From Actinobacillus vicugnae (lineage in GTDB: Bacteria; Pseudomonadota; Gammaproteobacteria; Enterobacterales; Pasteurellaceae): DNA of 64,000 bases. The position numbers and the translations under genes are program-made. Positions 54,192-64,000 of this stretch are shown here, piece after piece. The DNA is taken from positions 48,101-112,100 of the forward strand of contig NZ_CABFJY010000033.1 of assembly GCF_901687125.1 (NCBI RefSeq), in the 5' to 3' direction. The notes under the pieces are model-generated. The model was not told where the DNA came from, searched no databases, and saw only the letters and a program-made list of their open reading frames with translations. The first letter of the stretch is position 1. Each line of letters begins with the position of its first letter.

Positions 54192-55578
54192 AAGCTTTAA
54201 CAAGCACAGCCTTCGCTACCGTCTTATCGTAGCATTATCAGGTATTTCATTACTGATTTGGCTAATTTCCGCTCTTATTGAATGGCGAGTGTTACATAAA
54301 GAAATTAATGAATTATTTGATTCACAACAAATTTTCTTTGCCGAACGACTAGCTTCATCTAATATCGCTGAAGGCTTTCACAATGTACAAAACAAAAGTA
54401 ATTTTTACCAAGCTGATGTGGATGATGATGCGCTAGCTTTTGCGATTTTTACCGATAAAGGTGAACAAATTATTAACGATGGTCGTAACGGACAATTCTT
54501 TACTTTCACACCTACCGAAGGCTTTCAAAATATCCGTTTAATTGAAACCGATGATGAAGATGATGACGATGAACAAGATATTGATATTTGGCGTATTTAT
54601 TGGCTAAAAGGAAATAATGCTTATATTGCGGTGGGGCAAGAAATCAATTATAGAGACGAACTCATCAATAAAGCCGTGATTTCACAATCGTGGAGCTGGC
54701 TATTTGGTTTTCCAATGACAATTTTAGCCATTTTATGGATTATTCATCGTGAGTTAGCAAGTCTTAAGCGATTAGAAAATGAAGTTGCACAGCGCAGACC
54801 TGATGAATTAAAAGCGATTAGCACTTCACAATTACCAAGCGAAATCATACCACTAGTAAATAATCTCAATCACTATTTTGAACGCACCCAAACTATGTTT
54901 AATCGGGAACGTCGTTTTACTTCTGATGCTGCACACGAATTACGTAGTCCGATTGCTGGCTTGCGCATCCAAACTGAAATTGCACAAATGACAGCGGATG
55001 ATCCGATCGCACATCACAAAGCGTTGCAAAATATCACAGGCAGCATCGATCGTATTTCGCAGTTAATTGAGCAATTGCTCACGCTTTCACGACTAGAGAG
55101 TCTCGCTGAACTAAATGAGTTAGAACCAATTAATTGGCGAACATTAATAGAAAATAATTTGAATCAGTTCTACTCACTCGCAGAAAACAAGCGGTCAAAA
55201 ATCATTGTAAATTTGCAAAATGAACCGAAAAAACAGCTCGGAAAAAGTCTCTTGCTCAATTTAGTGTTGCGTAATTTACTTGATAATGCACTAAATTACA
55301 CACCTGCTGGCAGTACTATTCAGCTAACACTATCAGAGAAAAGTTTAACGATTGAAGATAACGGTAATGGCGTGAGCGATGAAGATTTGGCAAAACTCGG
55401 GCAGCCTTTCTACCGTCCAACAGAGAGACCCGTGACACATTCAACGGCTTCAGCTCAAGATGAAAAAGGCAGTGGGCTTGGCATTTCAATTATTAAACGT
55501 ATCGTTGCACTACACCATTTTGATTTAAAACTTTCTCGTAGCGAATTAGGTGGTTTAAAAGTTGAAATTTTGTTCTAG
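54178..55578 (+). CDS. qseC: sensor histidine kinase (QseC/FirS-like)
   Basis: Two TM helices flank a periplasmic domain that contains an acidic run (ETDDEDDDDEQDID). An H-box (AAHELRSPIAG) and an HATPase (…DNGNGVSDEDL…GSGLGISI…) follow. It overlaps qseB by 14 nt. Confidence 0.75.
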   Translation: MNMIKSFNKHSLRYRLIVALSGISLLIWLISALIEWRVLHKEINELFDSQQIFFAERLASSNIAEGFHNVQNKSNFYQADVDDDALAFAIFTDKGEQIINDGRNGQFFTFTPTEGFQNIRLIETDDEDDDDEQDIDIWRIYWLKGNNAYIAVGQEINYRDELINKAVISQSWSWLFGFPMTILAILWIIHRELASLKRLENEVAQRRPDELKAISTSQLPSEIIPLVNNLNHYFERTQTMFNRERRFTSDAAHELRSPIAGLRIQTEIAQMTADDPIAHHKALQNITGSIDRISQLIEQLLTLSRLESLAELNELEPINWRTLIENNLNQFYSLAENKRSKIIVNLQNEPKKQLGKSLLLNLVLRNLLDNALNYTPAGSTIQLTLSEKSLTIEDNGNGVSDEDLAKLGQPFYRPTERPVTHSTASAQDEKGSGLGISIIKRIVALHHFDLKLSRSELGGLKVEILF

Positions 55579-55585
55579 TGAAACA

Positions 55586-55658
55586 ACAAGCGGTCAAATT
55601 TCCTGCCGTTCTTGCAATGTGTAACTTACAAAAAACAAGAAGAATTTGACCGCTTTTC
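55586..55658. terminator. Inverted USS pair between convergent qseC and the RTX gene
   Basis: ACAAGCGGTCAAATTT…AATTTGACCGCTTTT. Confidence 0.55.
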
Positions 55659-55678
55659 ATTAGCCGTTAAACCACAAA

Positions 55679-56832
55679 TTAGAATACAAATGCGTTACTG
55701 TATTCTGGATAAGTTACGGTTGAAATTTCTGATATTGGCACAAGCAGATCATTGTAACCAGAAGGCTCAATAATCACATCAGGAATTTGTGTACCTTTAT
55801 CAATTGGCATTGCAGGCGGTAAATTTAGTAATTCAGATAAATCTTCTACGCTATAAACTTGTGAAAAACCTGTTCCAAACACAAATTTTGAAATCGCAGT
55901 AGTCTCACCATTATTTGAATACTGATCATGAATAATAATGAAATGATCGGTATCATCCACATGGATTTCCCAAGTCGTATTCCCGAGATCATTTTCCGTA
56001 ATATAAACTTTTAAATCTTCGGGACGAATACCATTACCAAATTGCAGAGTATTTTCGCCTTGTGAATCGAAAATATGGTCTTGACCAGCACCTTTATAGA
56101 AGTAATAGGTGTCGTTACCCTCACCGCCATATAAAGCATCATTGCCATTACCGCCATTTAGCCAATCTGCTCCCGTTGAACCATATAGCGTATCATCGCC
56201 ATCCCCTCCTAATAATCGGTCATTACCTGCTCCACCATTAAGCGTATCATTACCATACCCACCGCTGATAAAGTCATTACCATTTAAACCATGAATCGTA
56301 TCATCTGCATAAGTACCAAACAGACTATCCGCACCATCTGTACCGAATATAATGCGATTGCTTGAAGTTAAATCTTGTACATCAAAATGAATGGTGTACT
56401 TATCAGTATAAATAGGTGAACTACTCATGCCATTTGCTTCAACGTGGAATTTCACATGAATTCTAGCATCCACAGCATCTGGTGAATTTGGTAAGAAATA
56501 AAGACGGCTATGTTCCGTATTTCTTAACTCGCTATATACCCAGCTGTTATTGTTTGAATCATTAATCTCACGATAATTGCCATCATTGCTAACAAGCAAT
56601 AAACGTCCGCCACTAATGTCATCAAACACAATACGGTCTTTATAACTTGGAGGAGATACCCAATGATTAATTAATACTAATGTGGCTTGATCATCATCAA
56701 TCACAACTTGTCGCAGAATTTGGACAGGAATACTGGATGCAGGGGTTAGTGATAATGGGTTAGATCCATTATTTCCCCCATGGTATAAATTGTAACCCTC
56801 ATTCCCAAAATTAAAATTGTCAAAAGCCATAA
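55679..56832 (-). CDS. RTX-repeat (haemolysin-type Ca2+-binding) protein, a likely T1SS substrate with no adjacent T1SS genes
   Basis: About 8 tandem GGxGxDxLx nonapeptides (…GTDGADSLFGTYADDTIHGLNGNDFISGGYGNDTLNGGAGNDRLLGGDGDDTLYGSTGADWLNGGNGNDALYGGEGNDTYYF…). There is no N-terminal signal peptide. The ATG at 56832 has AAGGAA upstream, whereas the track start at 56905 has none. Confidence 0.7.
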
Positions 56833-57004
56833 TATATTCCTTATGTAAAGTGGAAGGAAATTGAACAATATAAAACTTATGCTCAAAAAACCAGCCTGAC
56901 CACAACAGGCACGGCTAGATCCTGTTCAGGTTCGGAGCAATTTTGCTACAGCCTGATAAATTACTCTCTATAATTTACACAACATTTATTAACCACAAAA
57001 AAAT

Positions 57005-57020
57005 CGTGATCTCGTTCACA
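57005..57020 (+). promoter_or_regulatory. CRP binding site (cGTGA-tctcgt-TCACA) in the galT promoter region
   Basis: Perfect TGA-N6-TCA half-sites. Confidence 0.5.
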
Positions 57021-57032
57021 TTTTTTAGATAT

Positions 57033-57064
57033 TTTGCTTTTAAAAGCAAATTGGTAACGTTAAC
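57033..57064 (+). promoter_or_regulatory. 18-bp perfect palindrome TTTGCTTTTAAAAGCAAA (57033..57050) followed by a LacI/GalR-type operator-like sequence GGTAACGTTAAC (57053..57064)
   Basis: Seen directly. GTAACGTTAC-like cores are typical GalR/GalS operators. Confidence 0.4.
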
Positions 57065-57153
57065 ATTCAAGTATTCTGCAAAAAACAGAAAACTTCTATG
57101 ATTACAAAATTATCGGTAATCCTCTGATAGAACTTAAATTGGAGTAATTCATA

Positions 57154-58203
57154 ATGAGTGAACCATTTATCCTAAACGATCACCCGCATCGCCGTTTTAA
57201 CCCATTGAAAAACCAATGGATTCTAGTTTCTCCTCATCGAGCAAAACGCCCATGGCAAGGTCAGCAAGAAGAAAATGTCGCGGACGATAAACCAAGCTAT
57301 GATCCGACTTGTTATCTCTGCCCGAGCAATAAACGTATTACAGGCGAGCAAAATCCTGCCTATACCAAACCTTTTGTGTTTAAAAACGATTTCTCGGCGT
57401 TATTGCCCGACACCCCAGCGCCAGAAGCGAATCAAGATCCGCTCTTTCAAATTTCACATACGCAAGGTGAAAGTCGTGTAATTTGCTTTTCGCCCGATCA
57501 CAGCAAAACCTTACCACAACTTTCAGTTACAGAAATTGAGCAGGTGGTACAAGTTTGGCAAGAACAAGCCAATGAATTAAAAGCACGCTATCAGTGGGTA
57601 CAAATTTTTGAAAATAAAGGCGCCATGATGGGTTGTTCTAACCCTCATCCGCACGGGCAAATTTGGGCAAGTAATTTCTTACCAAATGAAATTGCGATTG
57701 AAGATGAATGCCAAGCCAATTATTTTGCGCAATACGGTCGCCCGCTACTGCTTGATTATGCCGAGCGTGAACTTTCTAAAAAAGAACGCATTGTCGTAGA
57801 AACCGAAGATTGGATAGCAGTTGTGCCTTATTGGGCAAGCTGGCCGTTTGAAACGCTCTTATTGCCCAAACGCAAACATTTCAAACAAATCACCGATTTA
57901 AATGAGACAGAACGAGAAGATTTAGCCTTGGCACTGAAAAAACTAACAACTCGTTACGATAACTTATTTAATATCAGTTTCCCATATTCAATGGGCTTCC
58001 ACTTTGCGCCATTTAATGGAAATGATAATGCACATTGGCAATTGCACGCTCATTTCTATCCACCATTGCTTCGCTCTGCAACAGTGCGTAAATTTATGGT
58101 TGGCTATGAAATGCTGGCAGAAAGTCAGCGTGATCTCACCCCAGAGCAAGCTGCAGAGAAACTGAATGCCGTAAGCGATAGCACTCACTATAAAGATCGA
58201 TAG
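57154..58203 (+). CDS. galT: galactose-1-phosphate uridylyltransferase
   Basis: Zinc/iron ligands and the HPHGQ active-site motif ([12 protein letters not shown]). Confidence 0.9.
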   Translation: MSEPFILNDHPHRRFNPLKNQWILVSPHRAKRPWQGQQEENVADDKPSYDPTCYLCPSNKRITGEQNPAYTKPFVFKNDFSALLPDTPAPEANQDPLFQISHTQGESRVICFSPDHSKTLPQLSVTEIEQVVQVWQEQANELKARYQWVQIFENKGAMMGCSNPHPHGQIWASNFLPNEIAIEDECQANYFAQYGRPLLLDYAERELSKKERIVVETEDWIAVVPYWASWPFETLLLPKRKHFKQITDLNETEREDLALALKKLTTRYDNLFNISFPYSMGFHFAPFNGNDNAHWQLHAHFYPPLLRSATVRKFMVGYEMLAESQRDLTPEQAAEKLNAVSDSTHYKDR

Positions 58204-58223
58204 CAAGTAATAAGGAACAACAT

Positions 58224-59378
58224 ATGAAACCACAACAAATTTCTACTCAAAAATTTGCCGAACATTACGGCTATCAAGCATCGCAAACCGTATTCGCACC
58301 AGGGCGAGTCAATATTATTGGTGAACATACCGACTACAATGACGGCTTTGTTATGCCATGCGCCATTAATTATGGAATGGCAGTAAGTTTTAGCAAGCGT
58401 GATGATTCGATTTGGCGAGTGTATGCAATTGATATTGAACAGCACGATGAATTTGATCTTAGCCAACCCATTGAACCTTCTAAGCACAAATGGGCGAATT
58501 ATGTGCGTGGTGTAGTGAAATATATTCAAGCTAAATATCCTGAATTTAAACAAGGCGCAGATTTAGCGATGGCCAGCGATGTACCAATGTCTTCAGGGTT
58601 AAGCTCTTCGGCTGCATTAGAGATTTCGATTGGAAAAACTGCCCAACTTTTGGGTGAATTACCACTTAATTTGACAGAAATTGCCTTAATTGGACAAGAA
58701 GCGGAAAACAAATTTGTGGGTGCGAATTGCGGCAATATGGATCAACTAACCTCGGCACTTGGGCAAAAAGATCAATTAATTATGATTGATTGTCGCTCGT
58801 TAGCGATTACTCCAACGCCTGTGCCACAAGGTTATTCGATTGCGATTATTAACTCCAATGTCAAACATGATTTAGTAACAGGCGAATATAACAGTCGCCG
58901 TAAAGAATGCGAATTTGCTGCCCAATTCTTTGGTGTAAAAGCTTTACGTGATGTTACGCCTGAACAATTTATTGAACGGGCGCACGAGTTGCAAAGAGAA
59001 AACCAACTTGCTTACCAACGAGCAAAACACGTTATCAGTGAAAATCATCGTGTACTCGAAGCGGTGAAAGCACTAAAAGCTAATGATATGCAAAAACTCG
59101 GTCAGTTAATGGCAGAATCACACAACTCCATGCGTGATGATTTTGAAATTACCATTCCAGAAATTGATTATCTGGTGGAACTGGCGCAAGTTGCGATTAG
59201 TAAAAATGGTGGTGCACGTATGACGGGCGGTGGTTTTGGTGGTTGTATCGTTTGTTTAGTGCCAAACGACAAAGTGGAGCATTTACGCCAAATCATTGCA
59301 GAAAATTACGAAAAACAAACGGGCATTAAAGAAACCTTCCATCTCTGTACCGCTTGTGACGGAGTTCATCTCGTTTAA
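58224..59378 (+). CDS. galK: galactokinase
   Basis: GHMP kinase motifs (…[16 protein letters not shown]…, …[13 protein letters not shown]…). Confidence 0.95.
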   Translation: MKPQQISTQKFAEHYGYQASQTVFAPGRVNIIGEHTDYNDGFVMPCAINYGMAVSFSKRDDSIWRVYAIDIEQHDEFDLSQPIEPSKHKWANYVRGVVKYIQAKYPEFKQGADLAMASDVPMSSGLSSSAALEISIGKTAQLLGELPLNLTEIALIGQEAENKFVGANCGNMDQLTSALGQKDQLIMIDCRSLAITPTPVPQGYSIAIINSNVKHDLVTGEYNSRRKECEFAAQFFGVKALRDVTPEQFIERAHELQRENQLAYQRAKHVISENHRVLEAVKALKANDMQKLGQLMAESHNSMRDDFEITIPEIDYLVELAQVAISKNGGARMTGGGFGGCIVCLVPNDKVEHLRQIIAENYEKQTGIKETFHLCTACDGVHLV

Positions 59379-59434
59379 TCATCAGATATGGCAATCACGA
59401 ACTCCCGTGATTGCCTCACTTGGGAATATGAGCT

Positions 59435-60403
59435 ATGCAAACATTTACCCTTGAAAATGCCTTTCTAAAAATCACACTCTCAGATTTTGGCGCAAGCTGG
59501 CTTTCTTGTGTAGTGAAACACCCGAAAGGCGAACGTGAAGTCTTAGTAAGCACTTCTGTCAAAAATTGGCAAAATCAGACCGCTTACTTTGGAGCAACCT
59601 GTGGGCGTTTTACGAATCGAATTGCCAATGCCCAATATCAGCTAAACGGCAAAAGCTATTTGCTTGCCAAAAATAATGGCGAAAATAATTTGCACGGAGG
59701 CATTCAGGGAGCAGACAAACAGATTTGGCAAGCCGAGCCAATTGGCCCACAAGCGGTCAAATTTAGCCGAATTTTTGCAGATGGCGAAGAGGGTTTTGGT
59801 GGCGAAGTGAACGCAACTGTGACTTATCGTTTACACGAAAAGCAGCTTGAGATTCAATTTGATGCGATTGCTAACCAAGACACACCATTAAGTTTAACCA
59901 ATCACGCCTATTTTAATTTACTTGGTGGTGGTAATGTACTGTCACATCAATTAACCATTAATGCGCAGGAGTATTTGCCCGTCGCTGCTGACGGTATTCC
60001 TGTTTTGCCGTTTAAAACAGTGGAGCAAACAGGCTTTGATTTCTCGACACCCAAAACAATCGGGCAAGATTTGCTAAAAGATAGCGATCAGCAATTAGTA
60101 AAGGGCTACGATCATGCTTTCAAACTTGTTAAAAATAATGAAAATCCGACCGCTTATTTAAGTGTAGAAGACCTTGCATTGGAGCTAAATACCTCAATGC
60201 CCGCACTTCAACTCTATTCAGGAAATTGGCTTGCAGGGCAACCTGATCTCAACGGTTCCTATTATTCAGATTACGCTGGCATTGCGCTAGAGCCTGAATT
60301 TTTCCCCGATGCCCCAAATCAAGCTGAATTGGCACAATTTGGAGGAATCAGCAAAGCGGGCGAAGCCTATCAACACCATATTCGTTACACTTTTCATTTT
60401 TAA
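59435..60403 (+). CDS. galM: aldose 1-epimerase (galactose mutarotase)
   Basis: 322 aa. Mutarotase His/Glu region (…NLHGGIQGADKQIWQ…TNHAYFNL…). Confidence 0.85.
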   Translation: MQTFTLENAFLKITLSDFGASWLSCVVKHPKGEREVLVSTSVKNWQNQTAYFGATCGRFTNRIANAQYQLNGKSYLLAKNNGENNLHGGIQGADKQIWQAEPIGPQAVKFSRIFADGEEGFGGEVNATVTYRLHEKQLEIQFDAIANQDTPLSLTNHAYFNLLGGGNVLSHQLTINAQEYLPVAADGIPVLPFKTVEQTGFDFSTPKTIGQDLLKDSDQQLVKGYDHAFKLVKNNENPTAYLSVEDLALELNTSMPALQLYSGNWLAGQPDLNGSYYSDYAGIALEPEFFPDAPNQAELAQFGGISKAGEAYQHHIRYTFHF

Positions 60404-63442
<3,039 letters not shown>

Positions 63443-63510
63443 CCTGTTTATATTATTCACATATACAAAATGTGTAGATTTTCTAAATAACAAATTCTTG
63501 TAAAAAAAAT

Positions 63511-63544
63511 AAACTGGCACAATCTATTAAAATTGTGCCAGTTT
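63511..63544. terminator. Bidirectional hairpin AAACTGGCACAAT…ATTGTGCCAGTTT between lacZ and the convergent final gene
   Basis: Perfect 13-bp stem. Confidence 0.8.
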
Positions 63545-63551
63545 ATTCTAA

Positions 63552-64000
63552 CTAAACTTCATCTAAAGTATAAGTATCGACCTCACCAATAAAATCAATA
63601 CCTACTGTTTTACCAATTCCAGACGGATCAATAATACTTTCCAAGCCTAAATTAACTAGGTTTGACCAAAAACCACCTTTAAAATCAAAATCTTCCTCTT
63701 TGTTGAGCGGTTCAATTCCAAAATTCTCAATATAGCGTTTTCCTGATTTTTCAATGACAAAATATAAATCTCGTCCAGATTGCCCCTTTACATTATCCCG
63801 AATTTTAAACCCTGTAGTATTCCAAAGGTAAGCCTGTGCCAATAAGTCACCTTTATTATCATCATAAAAGCCTAAAGCTTGTATCTCACCTGCAAATTTT
63901 ATATTTGCACCGTTTTTAGTATAACCTAGTATTTCTAATATCTGCGCTTTAGAATATTTACCCGGTTTTAAATCTACTAAGATACGAGCTTGAGGACTTA
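63552..64000 (-). CDS. hypothetical protein, 3' portion only; the ORF is open through the right window edge
   Basis: The reverse frame from 64000 reads …SPQARILVDLKPGKYSKAQILEILGYTKNGANIKFAGEIQALGFYDDNKGDLLAQAYLWNTTGFKIRDNVKG…TYTLDEV* with no stop upstream of the track's TTG. No family is recognised. Confidence 0.4.
   Translation of the reverse strand, partial: SPQARILVDLKPGKYSKAQILEILGYTKNGANIKFAGEIQALGFYDDNKGDLLAQAYLWNTTGFKIRDNVKGQSGRDLYFVIEKSGKRYIENFGIEPLNKEEDFDFKGGFWSNLVNLGLESIIDPSGIGKTVGIDFIGEVDTYTLDEV

Noticed and set aside
56109-56294. Pro/Ser-rich 61-aa ORF on the + strand
   Set aside because: Antisense shadow of the GGxGxD repeat DNA of the RTX gene.

Overview
The sequence is a 64 kb chromosomal segment that looks like a Pasteurellaceae genome. 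The 9–10-mer ACAAGCGGTC, which is the Apl-type uptake signal sequence, recurs more than twenty times by eye, mostly as inverted pairs in intergenic regions; if these are USS copies the source lies in the Actinobacillus / Mannheimia / Glaesserella / [Haemophilus] ducreyi group. The exact genus cannot be fixed from the sequence alone.

Most of the window is densely packed core genes. These include yciI-yciA-yciB-yciC, yfbV, ttcA, malS, xthA, rpmE, tktA, phoH, fadR-nhaB-dsbB, metC, htpG, catalase, nrdAB, rsmE-yqgE-ruvX, rplT-rpmI-infC (infC with its AUU start), thrS, nadK, glyA, ygiW-qseBC and galTKM-lacZ.

Several accessory or unusual elements sit within this backbone:
- Between thrS and nadK there is a degenerate type I-F CRISPR-Cas remnant. 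It consists of one solitary, slightly degenerate I-F repeat, an apparently intact cas1, and a full-length cas2/3 whose reading frame carries a single in-frame TAA at 46599..46601. No csy1-3 or cas6f genes and no spacer array are present.
- An IS200/IS605-family element with divergent tnpB/tnpA and subterminal hairpins sits immediately downstream of glyA, about 2.5 kb from the CRISPR remnant.
- A divergent pair of AT-rich GT9 glycosyltransferase genes (likely LOS genes), one carrying an A6G7 homopolymer tract.
- An operon of three lipoproteins (CsgG-like, DUF4810-like, DUF799-like) lying between thrS and infC.
- An orphan RTX-repeat protein.
- A P-loop ATPase gene that starts 2 nt after the rplT terminator.
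- A PAAR-like gene cut by the left window edge, and an unassignable gene cut by the right edge.

Several regulator operators are also recognisable: a PurR box at glyA, NrdR boxes at nrdA, and CRP and GalR-like sites at galT.

All protein family assignments come from reading the translated ORFs and comparing them from memory with known families. No database search was run.
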